NCBI RefSeq assembly: GCF_902713615.1
Contig: NC_052172.1
Location: 18,013,327 to 18,077,326 of the forward strand
Reading direction: 5' to 3'
Origin: Scyliorhinus canicula
Lineage: Eukaryota
Length of the DNA stretch: 64,000 nt
Position 1 is the stretch's first letter. Every line of letters begins with the position of its first letter. The notes under the pieces are model-generated. The model saw nothing but the letters and a program-made list of their open reading frames with translations, did no database searches and was not told the DNA's origin. Below are positions 11,500-25,831 of this stretch, one piece after another. Both the position numbers and the translations under genes were made by a program.

Positions 11500-14400
11500 G
11501 GGCCTCCAAGTCCCCTTGCCGGAGGATGTTGCAACAGGCGTAAAGGACGTCATCTCTGCTGAGATAGTCTCTGCTGGAGTGGATTCCCTGATCCAGCTGT
11601 TTTTTCACAGCCTTTGCATGGACGTTGACAAAACCATGCCAGCTTTTCCCCCCACAATCTTGGGATCCATTGGGAGCCATTCCAACATTCCACACATAGA
11701 AGGCACCTCCTGTTCCGAAGGTCCTATCGAGTCTTCTGGTGCCATAGTTCTTTTATTTGGTCTCCTGCTTTAACTCTCACTTCCTCCACCACCCTACCCC
11801 ACATTGGGAAACAGCAGGCAGTCATTGTCCCATTAACAATCCTGCTGGTGCGACATTCACCATCATGTGCGGTGTGGTTCAACAATGAAAGTGGAACCGG
11901 GCCAATTTCATATCCAGGGACCCGGCAGGTTGTTTCTTCATTCTGATTTTGGATGTTTGAAATGCCCATTCAGCCAGGCCATTAGACGATGGATGGTATG
12001 TCACTGTTCTGATGCGTTTAACACCGTTTGACTTCATGAATGCCTGAAATTCTCCACTGGTAAAGTGGGGGAGTACCATTATCGGATACAAGGATCTCTG
12101 GTAGGCTGTGGGTACAGAAACTTTGACGGGGTTTTTCCATTGTTGTCTGAGAAGCCATGGAGGACAATACAATTAACTTCTAACCATTTCTAGTGGGCGA
12201 TGACCATAATAAAGAACATTGATCCCAAGAACGGCCCAGTGGAGCTATTCCCATTCCCATGGGCCATTCCCATGGGTGCAGTGATGCCGAAGGTGGAAGT
12301 CTCTGGTTATCCTGGCATAATAATAATAATAATAATAATAATAACCTTTTATTGTCACGAGTGTGAAGTACTGTGAAAAGCCCCTAGTTGCCACATTCCG
12401 TCGCCTGTTCAGGGAAGCTGGTACGGGAATTGAACCCGCGCTGCTGGCCTTGTTCTGCTTTACAAACCAGGGGCAGGATTCACTCAGCCCAGGCCGGGTT
12501 GGAGAATCGCCGGGCCGGGCGCGAATCGCGCAACGCCACCTCGACCCTGGTCCGCCGATTCTCCGGTGTGCGGCGATTCGGCTCCATTGGCGCCGGTGCA
12601 GTCAGCGTGGGGGCCAGTTGGGGGCCACTCTAACCCCCCCCCCCCCCCCCCCCCACCGATTCTCTGCCCGGAATGGGCCGAGTGGCCGCACAAGAAAGCC
12701 CGATTCCCACCGGCGTCGTTCGCACCTGGTCTTACCTGGCGGGACCTCGGCATCCATCCTGCGGGGGCAGCCTGGTGGGGGGGGGTCCGACTCCGAGGGG
12801 GGGGGGGCCTCCACCGTGGCCTGTCCCACGATCGGGGCCTACCGATTGGTGGGCCGGCCTCTCGTGGTGGGGGCCTCTTTTGCTCCGCGCCGGCCCCTGT
12901 AGCCCTACGCCATCTAGGGCAGCACGGTGGCACGAGTAGATAGCACTGTGTCTTCACAGCGCCAGAGTCCCAGGTTCGATTCCCCGCTTAGTCACAGTCT
13001 GTGTGGAGTCTGCACGTTCTCCCCGTGTCTGCGTGGGTTTCGTTCGGGGGCTCCGGTTTCCTCCCACAGTCCAAAGATGTGCAGGTTAGGTGGATTGGCC
13101 GTGATAAATTGTCCCTTAGTGTCCAAAAAAAGGTTAGGTGGGGTTAATGGGTTACGGGAACAGGGTGGAAGTGAGGGCTTAAGTGGGTCGGTGCAGACTC
13201 GATGGGCCGAATGGCCTCCTTCTGCACTGTATGTTCTATGTTCTACACTGTGTTGGGGCCGGCGTGGAGAAGGGAGGTACCGCACATGCACGCATTTGTG
13301 CCGGTCACAGCGCGCATGTGCAGACCCGCGGCACCCATTTGACGCTGGTATCAGCAGCTGGAGCAGCGTGGGTCGCTCCAGTGCCGTGCTGGCCTCCTAT
13401 AGGGCAGAGGATCGCTACACTTAGCTGTCCAATGACGCCGTTGTTCAACTCTCCAGTTTTTACGACAGTGTCAACACTCTGCCTTTAGATGGGAGAATCC
13501 CGCCCCAGCTGTCTGGCCCACTGATCTAAACCAGCCCAGACGCACTGCTTCAACAGATTCTCAATGTCTACATCGAGCCCGGGTCACCAGACATAGCTCC
13601 TTGCAAACATTTTCATCTTGGATACCCGGGGGGTGTGTATTGTGTAATTTGGTCAGGTGCTGACCTGGGTGGTGGATGACTGCTGGGGTTCCCAGGGTGA
13701 TGCCACCTTCCACATTCAACCCGTGTCGTTTAGAGACGGCTTCAAGTTATCCGTGTAACGTCCTCGATTCCGCCACTGAGGATCACATGGCGCAATTTTG
13801 CCGGTGTGGAGTCCTCCCGGATCCAAGCATGAATGCGCTTAGCAGATGCTGTCAAGGTATCCAGTAGGTTCCAATGTGGGCGGAGGGGCCAAGCTTGGGG
13901 GCAATGGGAGGTGACTCAGGGCATCTGCGTTGGCAGTGTGCATTTTAGAACAGTACAGCACAGAACAGGCCCTTCGGCCCTCGATGTTGTGCCGAGCAAT
14001 GATCACCCTACTCAAGCCCACGAATCCACCCTATAACTGTACCAGTAACCCAACAACCCCCATTAACCTTTTTTGTTTAGGACACTAAGGGCAATTTAGC
14101 CTGGCCAATCCACCTAACCCGCACATCTTTGGACTGTTGGAGGAAACCGGAGCACCCGGAGGAAACCCACGCACACACTGGGAGGACGTGCAGACTCCGC
14201 ACAGACAGTGACCCAGCCGGGAATCGAACCTGGGACCCTGGAGCTGTGAAGCATTGATGCTAACCACCATGCTACCGTGCCGCCCATTTCCTGGGCGATG
14301 CTCGACAGAGTATTCGTAGCCCGCTAACAATAATACCCAACGTCGGATTCAAGCCGAGGTGATGGGGGAATCGCTTTATCCTCTTTGAAACAGGGGTTTA

Positions 14401-15230
14401 TGATCTGTTACGATTGTGTAATGTTGGCCGTAGACATGTGGGTGGAATTTCTTCACCCCAAAAATAACAGCCAATTCTTCCTTTCAAATCTGAGAATAGA
14501 AGACGTGCTTGTTAGGTGAATTGGACATTCTGAATTCTCCCTCGGTGTACCCGAACAGGCGCCAGAGTGTGGCGACTAGGGGCTTTCCACAGTAACTTAA
14601 TTGCAGTGTTAATGTAAGCCTACTTGTGACCTAATAAAGATTATTATTATTATTCCATTAGTCCTGATCATGGACATTTAATCTTTAAGCACCATTTCGA
14701 CAGGGGTGAGTGGGCCTAGGTGGAGTGCTCTTTCGGAGGGTTGGTGCAGACCTGGTGGGCTGAATGGCCTTCTGCACTGTAGGGATTTTGGGATTCAGAG
14801 CGGTAATAATGACGTGATCCAATGTTCAACGATTTTTTTTTTGGTCTGCCGTTTGTGAGGTGATTTATTCTTAAATGAGAATTGTCTCTTTTTAAAATTT
14901 TCAATGTTTGCCTCTCGAAGATCAGTCAGGTCTGTTGCCAGATTCTTTACAACACTGATCTCAGAGGCGCCCCCCCCCCCCCCCCCATCTGTCATTTACA
15001 GGTACCACAACATGCTGCACAGTAACCGCACAAACTAATGCTGACCTCAGATTGCTGGAATCTCTCTAACTGAATCCCAATATGCAGCATATTCATTGTT
15101 TGCAATTCCGCCGTTTGCGAGGTTTCACGGAATTGTAACCCCTGCACCATGACAGGTCCCGCCAAAGTCGACCAACACCTTCCCCTCCACCTCGCGCAGT
15201 CGCAGGGCGGGTGAGCCACACAAAATAGAC
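11500..15230 (-). mobile_element. Fragmented Ty3/Gypsy retrotransposon (gag/RNase H/integrase remnants) broken by SINE and MITE insertions
   Basis: Minus-strand pieces in pol order: ..TIVTDHKPL..LAGYEYSVEHRPG (about 14285-14460), ..NADALSHLPLP (about 13870-13943), integrase Zn-finger region (about 13540-13600), core FQAFMKSNGVKRIRTVTYHPSSNGLAE (about 11960-12060). Frameshifted. Confidence 0.8.
12471..13505. mobile_element. GC-rich non-autonomous DNA transposon (PIF/Harbinger-like) containing a nested SINE
   Basis: Terminal inverted repeats GGGCAGGATTC.../...GAATCCCGCCC and a 3-bp TSD CAG. It splits a SINE that resumes at 13506. Confidence 0.75.
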
Positions 15231-15490
15231 ATTGGAGAGATTGCCACGACACCCTGGGATAGTGGACGATCAGGTCCAGCCCCACTTGACCCAGAGTCGC
15301 AGCACAGTTGAAATGAGATCTTTTTTTAAACCCAAAGGTCCTTGGTTGAACCCAATAAACTGCAATCATCAGGTCCGCAAGTTTAAAACACAAATAACCT
15401 TTTATTATGTACAGTATTATAATTAAGACAGAAATGTAGCTGACTATCTACTACCCCTTTCCCTAACCCCCCTTCTCTAAACACACACAT

Positions 15491-15523
<33 letters not shown>

Positions 15524-18500
15524 ACACAGAGGGAAATGTTGATGGAAAGGGAAAGAAAATATTAATAATAGGGTCAGGATCTTTGATGGACTGGGATGAC
15601 TTCCAGTCAATGTCTTTCTGAAGTTCAGGCTTTCGTTTTGGTGCTTCTTCCTTCTAGGCTGGCGATGGTTTTCTCTGGCAAGATTGTCTACTTTCTCTGC
15701 AGACTCAGATTCGCAGCAACAGATGTGCCAGACACTCGCTGCTTTCAGAACGATAGAGCAGTTTTTTTCGCTTCAGTAGGCAAGAGAGGGAGAGAGCGTT
15801 CCTTTCACTTCCAAGGTCTAAACACTTCTGCTCAGCTCTCTCAGAGAGCATCACGCAGGAACCAATCACTGACTGTTGTCAGGCAGAACACTATCCCTGG
15901 CCAACCCACCGGTTGCCAGTTAACCAATCGAACAGACTCCCTCCAAACCTGGTTCCTAAGATCCACTCGGTGCCAAAGAGTCTGGTTTCTCCTTTCCAAA
16001 ATACAAAACCTAGGAACACAGTGTCCTAACAAACAGGCTGCTTGTATCGTCTGCTGAAAGGCATATCCCGATTAAAATCCCACCCTATCTCATGTCGTGT
16101 CCCCTAAGGCCGGTCCTTGGCTTAGTGTCCACTGATGCTGAATTCTAAGTCATCTCCTTGACAGTTTTTATCAGTGATGGCTTGCCACTGCCTTCCACTC
16201 TCAGGGACAAGACGGTGAGGCAGATTCGAGGTGTACCTCAGTCGGAGGCGCTATTGGTGTTATTGCCATGTACCAGCTGAGCTAACATAGGCTGGTGCAT
16301 AATAGCTGTGAGGAAAGATTGGGGGGGGGGGGGGGGGGGGGGGGGTGGCTGGGGTTGTTTTCCCGGAGACTGAGGGAGATTTAATTGAGGCCTATAAAAA
16401 TACAAAGTGTCAGGATAGAGTGGATAGGAAGGACCTTTTTCCTTCACCAGAGAGGTCATTAACCAGGGAAAGCCAAACCAAAGATACTAGGGAGACCCCT
16501 TTGGTAGGAGGATGTAATTGCAGCGTGACATGTTTACATAGGTTGTTTCATTGTTGCAGTGAATTTAGGAATTTATAAGGAAAAAAGTCGACACAGAGTT
16601 CACGCAATCCTAAGATTTTTAACTATGTTATAGATATATTGTTATTATGTGAAATAAGCATCGTGCAAACTACTTTATTTGATACATAGAACACGAATGC
16701 TCAGTTAAACTGTGGCCTTAATGTACTTTCAGTGAGCTCTGAGCATTTAAAGCTATTAAATGGGTGTTAATCCATCTCCAAATCGAGGGCAGCGTGTAAC
16801 AGGAACTGGCATCGAGCTGTCCCTGGCAGCAACCCTTCCTCCAGGCACCTGTCCAAACATTCAGTTTGAATCTCGCTTAACCACTCATCTAAAATCACCG
16901 AAAGGCTCACAGGATTTGAAATGCAACTGCAAATCTTATATTCACATCGAGAAAAGTGCTCGGCAGCAACAATGTGCCTTCCTCTGCTCATCTTTTTTTT
17001 AAAATAAATTTAGATTACCCAATTATTTTTTCCAATTAAGGGGCAATTTAGCGTGGCCAATCCACCTACTCTGCACATTTTTGGGTTGTGGGGGCGAAAC
17101 CCACGCAGACACGGGGAGAATGTGCAAACTCCACACAGACAGTGACCCAGAGCCGGGATCGAACCTGGGACCTCAGCGCCGTGAGGCGGTTGTGCTAACC
17201 ACTTGGCCACCGTGCTGCCCTCCTCTGCTCATCTTAAACTGTCTCCGTCTGTCTCTACCTGTCTGTCCCTTTCGCAAGGTCTCTCGTCCTCTCTGCCCAC
17301 CTACTGCTACATCTTTGCCCCTCTTCCATTTTCTCTGACTTTCTCTGCCCCTTTCGCCTTCTCTCACTCAGTCTCTTTCTGCTCCTTTATTCTACTGGTC
17401 TGGAGGACTGTAGAATTGCAAAAGTTACACCCCTGTGCCCTACAGCGACTACAGGGCAGGTAGTTTAACTTTGGCAGTGGGGAAAAGTCTAAAAGGGAAA
17501 ATCAGGTGGCATGCGGCGCAGTGGTTAGCACTGGGACTGCGGCGCTGAGGAACCGGGTTCAAACCCCGGGCCTGGGTCACTGTCCATGTGGAGTTTGCTC
17601 ATTGTCCCCGTGTCTGCGTGGGTTTCACCCCCATAACCCAAAGGTGTGCAGGGTAGGTGGATTGGCCTTGCTAAATTGCCCCTTAATTGGAGAAAAAATA
17701 ATTGGGTACTCTAAAATAAAATAAAAAATAAAAGGGAAAATCATGTTTAGCTAACATTCTGGAGTTTTTTTTGAGGCGGTAACAGAGGGTCGATGAAGGC
17801 AAAGCTGTTGATGTGGTGTACATGGGATTCCAAAAGACATTCCATACAGTGCCGCAGACTTGTGAACAATGTTATAGCTCATGGAATGGGGAGGCACGGT
17901 ACCACAGTGGTTAGCATTGTTGCTTCACAGCGCCAGGGACTCGGGTTCGATTCCCGGCTTGGGTCACTGTGCGGGGTCCGCATGTTCTCCCCCGTGTCTG
18001 CTTGGGTTTCCTCCGGGTGCTCCGGTTTCCTCCCACAGTCCAAAGATGTGCAGGTTAAGTGGATTGGTCACGCTAAATTGCCCCGTAGTATCCAAATGTT
18101 AGGTGGGGTTGCTGGGATACAGGGATAGGGTGGAGGTGTGGGCTTAGGTAGGGTGGTCTTTCAGGGGCCGGTGTAGACGCGATGGGCTGAATGGCCTCCT
18201 TCTGCACTGTAAATTCTATGATGATTCTAAGAGGAGCAATATGGATGCGGAATTGGTCGAGTCACAGGAAACAGGAAGCAGTGATTAATGGATGTTTTTT
18301 TGGGCTGGTTTGTAACGGAGTTCCCCAGCAGTCAGTGATGTATATCAATGACCCAGACCTTAGGGTACAGAGCACAATTTCAAAATTTGAGGATGATACA
18401 AAAGTTGGAAGCATTGTGAACTCTGAGGAGGCAGCACGGTAGCATTGTGGATAGTACAATTGCTTCACAGCTCCAGGGTCCCAGGTTCAATTCCGGCTTG

Positions 18501-19953
18501 GGTCACTGTCTGTGCGGAGTCTGCATATCCTCCCTGTGTGTGCGTGGGTTTCCTCCGGGTGCTCCGGTTTCCTCCCACAGTCCAAAGATGTGCAGGTTAG
18601 GTGGATTGGCCGTGATAAATTGCTCTTAGTGTCCAAAACTGCCCTTAGTGTTGGGTGGGGTTCCTGGGTTATAGGGATAGGGTGGAGGTGTTGATCTCGG
18701 GTAGGGTGCTCTTTCCAGGAGCCGGTGCAGACTCGATGGGCCGACTGGCCTCCTTCTGCACTGTAAATTCTATGATTATCTATGATAAACAGGACATAGG
18801 TTTGTGGATGACATTCAATATGAAGTGGAGATGCTGGCGTTGAACTGGGGTGGGCACAGTGAGAAGTGCTAACCAACACCAGGTTAAAGTCCAACAGGTT
18901 TATTTGGAATCACTAGCTTTCGGGAGCACAACTCCTCACCTGATGAAGGAGCTACGCACTGAAAGCTCGCGATTCCAAATAAACCTGTTGGACTTTAACC
19001 TGATTCAACATCAAGTATAAATTAAAGGGGTACAACTCTAAATGGGATGCAGGAACAGTGGGACATGGGTGTAATTGTGCATAAATCAATGAATGTGGCA
19101 GGACAGGTTGAGAGACTGGTTAATAACCCACAAATAATATCCTGGGCTTTATTAAAAGATGCAAGTGCAAGGAGGTTATAAAGGTAAGCACACTGGTTAC
19201 CCCTGTTCTACCATTAACACCTTCTGATCTCTTCATATGTCATTGTCAGCACCCTTCTTAGCCTCAATCACCACCTTTTACATACACTTTGTCTTTTTGT
19301 CCATGATACGTTTGCCAAAACCCACTTATCGCTGCCCTCTATTCAGCCCCACTGTTCCACGCCGCACCCCCCTAACAACAGTGTAAATGCGATCCTATTT
19401 CCAGTTCTCTCTAACTTTGACACAGAGTCAGCCAGACTCGAAACGCTGGCTCCCGTCGCTCTCCACAGACGCTGCCAGACCTGCCGAGGTTGTCCAGTAT
19501 TTTCTGTTTTTGTTTCAGATTCCAGCGTCCGCAGTCATTTGTACGAATCACCAGTTTGACCTCATCCAGTTCTGGACTCTGCACTTTAGCAAGGATTAGA
19601 GAGGGTGCATGAAAGAGTTCCAGGGATGACAAACTTTAGCTTGCAGTTATACAGGGCCTTGGTGAGACCACACCTGGAGTATTGCGTACAATTTTGGTCT
19701 CCCTATCTAAGAAAGGTCATGATGTGGAGATGCCGGCGTTGGACTGGGGTGAGCACAGTAAGACGTCTGACAACACCAGGTCAAAGTCCAACAGGTTTGT
19801 TTCGAATCACCAGTTTTTGGAGCGTAGCTCCTTCATCAGGTGAATCCACGCCAAATTGCCCCTTAATTGGGAAAAAATTAATTGGGCACTTTAAATGTAT
19901 TGAAAAGGTTTTTGAAAATGAATGTGTACTGGAGAGAAGTATCCTTTCCTCAG

Positions 19954-20529
19954 TGTTATGGGCCAGGGTTTAGAGAACCCCAAAGTGTATCATGGAGTGC
20001 ACCTGACTCACAACTTTTACTAGGTTGTGGTATGGGGAGCACACGGCCCACTCTACAGGTGTGGTACAGCAGAAATGGAAAAGTATTTTTTTTAAAGCAA
20101 AACAATGTTTATTCTATGAACTCAAGTTAACCTTTTTAAAACATACAGTGAACATCTTAGCAACCATTAAATCAAATACAACCCCCAAAGAATACAACAC
20201 TAAGTAATCCTTTAAGCTTTCCTCTTTAACATCCATACAACTTAAAAACAAAACCTTTATCAGAAGCACATCAGGTTAAAGTCACTACTGCTATTAGTTT
20301 TAAATCACCAGGATTGATTTACAGTCTTTAGATTACAGAGAGAGATTCATACACCTTCTGGCTGTGACTGCAGCTATCCAGCTCTGAAAACAAAACTAAA
20401 ACACACCCTGCAGCAAACAGCCTAAAACGAAAGTAAAACGTTGACAGGCAGCCCAGCTCCACCCACACTCTGACATCATTGAAGTAATATGAGCAGTCAA
20501 ACATTTCTTAAAGCGACATTCTCATGACA
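19954..20529. mobile_element. Solo LTR (Ty3/Gypsy-like), copy 1
   Basis: TGTTATG...CATGACA termini, imperfect TSD TCAG/TCAC; same family as 31347-32195. Confidence 0.8.
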
Positions 20530-22221
20530 TCACAGTTTACAAATTGAAACATTTTTGGGGGTCTGGTCCGGTCTCCTAATATAAATTGGGGTCTGGTCCG
20601 GGTACCACAACAGGTGTCATCTTTCTAAGAGCAGTCTCGGCTGGATATGAAAGGCGCCGTGGTCACTATTTCAAAGACGAACAGGGGATGTCCTGGCCAA
20701 CATTCATCCCTCAATTCTCAGAGAGACAGATTACCTGGGTCGTTACCACATTGCTGTTTGAGGGAGAAAGGTACGGAAAGATAGGCTGAAAAGGGGCAAG
20801 AGGTATCTCACGCCTAGCGTAAATATCAGGAATGGGACTAATTGCGAAGCAGCATCAGGAACAATGGGGCGGAAGGAGGCCATTTAAGTTCCGGAACCCT
20901 TAACTCACTTAACAGAATTCTCAGTTTGGAAATTTCGGGTTAACCCACAGCAGTTACAGCTGTTTTGGAGGGTAGAGTTCCAGATTTCCCCTGCCCTTTG
21001 TGAGGAGATGTGCTTCCTGATGATACCGCTGAACAGCCTGGCTCTTATTTTTAAGACAGAGATAGATGGGTTCTTGATTAATAAGGGGATCAGGGGTTAT
21101 GGATAGAAGGCAGGTGAATGGGGATGAGAAAAATATCAGCCATGATTGAATGGCATGAATAGAATTTACAGTGCAGAAAGAGGTCATTCGGCCCATCGGG
21201 TCTGCACCGGCTCTTGGAAAGAGCACCCTACCTAAGGTCAACATCTCCACCCTATCCCCATAACCCAGTAATCCCACCCAACACTAAGGGCAATTTTGGT
21301 CACTAAGGGTAATTCATCATGGCCAATTCACCTAACCTGCACATCTTTGGATTGTAGGAGGAAACCGGAGCACCCGGAGGAAACCCACACACACACGGGG
21401 AGGATGTGCAGACTCCGCACAGACAGTGACCCAAGCCGGGAATCGAACCTGGGACCCTGGAACTGTGAAGCGATTGTGCTATCCACAATGCTACCGTGCT
21501 GCCCATGCGGAGCAGACTCAATGGGCCGAGTGCCCTAATTCTGCTCCTGTGTCTTATGGTCTTATTTTAAGGTTATGTCCTCTTGTTCTGGACCCCCCAC
21601 CTCCACCAAGAGGAAACAATCACTCTCATTACTCAACCGACTACCTTGATCATCTTAAAATACCTCAGCCCTCCGGACTCGAGGGGCTATACAAACCTAG
21701 TCTGTGTAAAACTGTCCTTCAAACCTTCTTCAAAAATAAATTTAGATTACCCAATTCATTTTTTCCAATTACAGGGCAATTTAGCGTGGCCAATCCACCT
21801 ACCCTGCACATCTTTGGGTTGTGGGGGGGCGAAACCCACGCAGACACGGGGAGAATGTGCAAACTCCACACGGACAGTGACCCAGAGCCGGGATCGAAGC
21901 TGGGACCTCGGCGCCCTGAGGCAGCAGTGCTAACCCACTGCGCAACCGTGCTGCCCCTACTGTCCTTAAAACTTAACCCTTTAAGCCCAGGTGTCATTCT
22001 CTGTCTCCTCAGTGGCGGAGGCAAGTTAACCTTTAGGGACAGGTCAGGAATATAATCCGCAGACCTCCCCGGTCTATGCATCGTGTCTGGGAATGACTTT
22101 AATTAAATGACTGACTGGAGCCAAAGGGGTACTAAATTTGAACACAATGCCCCAGCGACGAAAGACTGTTATCGAACCTACTTTGTCACTCAGTCCCGAG
22201 GGGGGGCAACACTTCTATGGT

Positions 22222-22227
22222 TTTATT
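22222..22227 (-). terminator. Candidate polyadenylation signal (AATAAA) of the connexin gene
   Basis: TTTATT on plus, about 435 nt downstream of the stop codon. No transcript evidence. Confidence 0.35.
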
Positions 22228-22660
22228 GCTTGATTCCCAAGTACAAATGGGTGGAAAATAACGGGAATGTTGTCTCAAATGACCTGTTCTCCCTGGTGTC
22301 CTGGCCAACACTCTACCCTCAAGTCAATATCACACACAATAAAAAAACAGATGTGCCGATCATTATCACGTTGCTGTTTCTGGGAGCTTGCCATGCATCA
22401 ATTGGCCGCCAGGTTTCCTACATGACAACGGTAACTGCGCTTCAGAACTCTTGAGTGGGTGGAAAGTACTTTGGTTCGTGAAAGGCGCTATATAAATGCA
22501 AATTTGCCTTCCTCTTCACTTACATCAGATATGGGGCCCCCTTTGCACTACTTGGTCCTCAGATTTCCTTGACTTCATCAGCAGGGCACACTTTACAAAG
22601 ACATCGCAGCAATCGGCCAACCTCAGGTTTTTTTCTGTTTTCTTTGGGTTTAAAGGGACC

Positions 22661-23513
22661 TCAGACGTATGCAGACTCGCTGGGTTGGGTCCTCCCCCGG
22701 GTGCTGAAATGTGACGGGACCTTCTTCCTGACTGCGAAGACGGACTTCCTCTTGTCTCGAACTCCCCTCACCGCCGTCTTGATCTTCCTCCAGCCCAGGT
22801 GGTTGAGCTCAGCGAGATTCAGAGCCACGCAGATGCCACTGACAGCGAACATGAAAACCAGGAAGATCGTCTTTTCCGTCGGTCTGGACACGTAGCACTC
22901 CACCTCCTTGACGCAGGGGTACCTGTCGCACTCAAAGATGGCGGGGACGTTGAACCCGTAGAGAAAGTACTGTCCCATCAAGAAGCCAATCTCCAAGGCG
23001 TTCCTGAAGACCACTTGGATGATGTAAAATCTCGATATGCCCTCCTGCTGTTTCACCGTCCTGCTTTTGCCACTGATCCACCCCGAAAGGTTGGGCCTCC
23101 TCTTGTTCTCTATGAAGTCTGGTTCCCGTGGCTTTATGGTTCCCTCTGGGCTCTGGCCCAGAGTCCCATTGACGAGGCTGCATCTGGGCCTCCTGTCCTC
23201 CCTCTGCTCCACGGGCGACCTAGCGAAGTCCCCGTCCAGGGGTGGATAGAGAGCGGGGGCGGGCTTTTCCTTCTGCTTGGACGACTGGTGCACGGAGTAC
23301 GTGATGAAGCAGAGGCTCGGGGTGCACACCAGGATGATCTGGAAGACCCAGTATCTGATGTGAGAGATGGGGAAAGCTCGATCGTAACAGGCCTGGTTGC
23401 AGCCGGGCTGAAGGGTGTTGCACATGAACATGGCCTGCTCGTCTTCGTAGACCGTCTCCCCGACGATGGCCACGATTAAAATCCGGAAGATCACCACCAC
23501 TGTGAGGAGTATT
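22661..23513 (-). CDS. Gap junction delta (Cx35/36 family; likely gjd1/Cx34.7-type) exon 2
   Basis: Connexin extracellular-loop cysteines ([14 protein letters not shown]; [19 protein letters not shown]), TM segments and C-terminal PDZ motif SAYV. AG acceptor at 23514-23515; TGA at 22661-22663. Confidence 0.96.
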
Positions 23514-25354
23514 CTATATTAAAAAAAAATAAGACAGCAATTTACCTTGACAGACCTTCCTAGTATTGCTGGAAAAGGAGACGGCTGTCGAAGCTTCTCG
23601 TCTCATACTCATCAGGACAAACACAATAATACTAAGTTTTGAAGGGAGTAAGAATTTATACTGCATGAGGAAAAGGTGCTGATTGGAAGGCAAATCAATC
23701 CTGATTGGGGGAGGTGTCATGGAGAATGTACCAGGGAACTATTGCCCCCCGCACTTTTGTTTAATTCAAAAAAGGCACAAACCTACGTGATAATCTTAAA
23801 TTGATTGTTAGCACACTTGCGATTGTTCAGCAAGTGGTGTCCAATCTTGTAAATGCTTGCTGAGGGAAGTTACAATTCAACCACATTGCTGAGGTTCTGC
23901 CGTTATGTGTAGGCCAGACCGGGTAAGGGCGGCAGATTTCCTTCCCTAAAGGGGCATTAGTGACCCAGATGGGTTTTTAACGACAATCGATGATAGGGGC
24001 GCGATCTACCGGCCACGCCGAGCCCCAATGGGAGTGCGATGTGGCTGGTAGACCCTGGGTGAAGCCTCCCGTGGGCTTCCCGACAGCCACGGCGCCTCAC
24101 GGGATCTACCCATGTCCCTCAGGGATCAGGAACCCGCCTACAACAGGCAGGACCAAGCCACGCAAGTAGGCCTTGAAACTACTTCAGGTCTATTTACCCT
24201 GCATCCACCGGCCTCCTGGGATCTCCCAGCCTCCCCAGGGCGGCCGCAGCCGGGTGCCATTTGGTACTGGTCCACATAAACGTGGATCAGGCGGAACGCC
24301 AACCGGGGGGTCCCCCAGGTTATCAGAGACCTCGGGTGGCCAAGGATAGGGCAGGGTGGCTCCTTAGCCTTCCCCCTGGAATACGGGCACCTTGGCACTG
24401 CCATCCTGGCATTGCGTAGCTGACAGGAGCACTGCGAGGGTGATAGTGCAAGGGTGATAGATCGCCAGGGTGGCACTGCCAAGGATCAAGGCTCATGGGG
24501 GGGGCCATGTCCATGAAAGGAGGATGGAGGGGGGGATGTGAAGGGTGGAGGGGGTGCAGGGTGTGGACGAAGGGGCCTCTGTGAGGTTGGGGGGGGGAGT
24601 GATGGGTGGGTGTCCTGGAATAGGGGGCCTGTAAGGGGGTGTGGGAGAGGCCTGAAGATGGGAGAACTCCATAGTGGGGTGTCCTCACTTGGGGGTGGGG
24701 AGTGGGGTAGTGCCCATGTGCGTGTGTGGGGGTGACATTGCCCATGGGTAGAGGGTGTGGGGGACCCACAATCTAACTGAGAGATAGGGGCATCTTTTTT
24801 AAATGGTGGTCCGATCTCTGAGTTCACCACAGCGGATTCAAGAGGGCGGCTCACCACCACCTTCTCAAGGAGCAATTAGGGATGGGCAATGAAAGCTATG
24901 CCCTGGCCAGCGACAAACACATCCCACGAATTAATAAATAAATAGAGAGTCAGGAAAGGGTCAAATTCAGCTGAGGGAACGTGCATCATGATTAAATAAC
25001 ACTGCCAATCGCACAAAAATGAGGACATTGTAGAGAATGCCTGGTGGCCAAGGCATCGATGCCTTCCGGTTGGCAACACAGGAAGAGGCTGGTAGGGAAA
25101 ATGAACACAGTGAATAACAATTAAGCCAGTCTTGGAAATCAGCCATCCAGAAAACTGACTCCTGCACTGTGATTTTAAACCACGAGTCTTTCCTCAGTTC
25201 ATCTCCCACGCCTCGCAGGATGTACAGCTCCGAGTCTTTGTTTCCACACGCTCGCAATACCGCTCTTTGGTTTATTTCTGTCCGTACATCCTGCCTTAAC
25301 CTCTAACTCTGACAAAGACATGTCCTCATATGAGCCATTATAATAATTACATGG

Positions 25355-25831
25355 TAAGAAGTCTTACAACACCAGGTTAAAGTCCAACAGGTTTGTTTCA
25401 AACAGGGCAGCACGGTGGCCTAGTGGTTAGCACAACCGCCTCACGGCGCTGAGGTCCCAGGTTCGATCCCGGCTCTGGGTCACTGTCCGTGTGGAGTTTG
25501 CATATTCTCTCCGTGTCTGCGTGGGTTTCGCCCCCACAACCCAAAAATGTGCAGAGTAGGTGGATTGGCCACGCTAAATTGCCCCTTAATTGGAAAAAAT
25601 AATTGGGTAATCTAAATTTATAAAAAAAAAAAAAAAAAAGGTTTGTTTCAAACACGAGCGTTTTCGGAGCACTGCTCCTTCCTCAGGTGAATGGCGAGGT
25701 ATACCTCGCCATTCACCTGAGGAAGGAGCTGCGCTCCGAAAGCTCGTGTTTGAAACAAACCTGTTGGACTTTAACCTGGTGTTGTAAGACTTCTTACTGT
25801 GCTCACCCCAGTCCAACGCCGGCATCTCCAC
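25355..25831. mobile_element. Penelope-derived hairpin element with hammerhead-like cores and a nested poly(A) SINE (25405-25638)
   Basis: Inverted arms around a perfect 56-bp palindrome (25674-25729); CTGAGGA..GAAA cores on both strands; 15-bp TSD ATAATAATTACATGG (25340-25354 / 25832-25846). Confidence 0.75.

Noticed and set aside
22799-23479. 226-aa plus-strand ORF
   Set aside because: Antisense shadow of the GC3-rich connexin exon.
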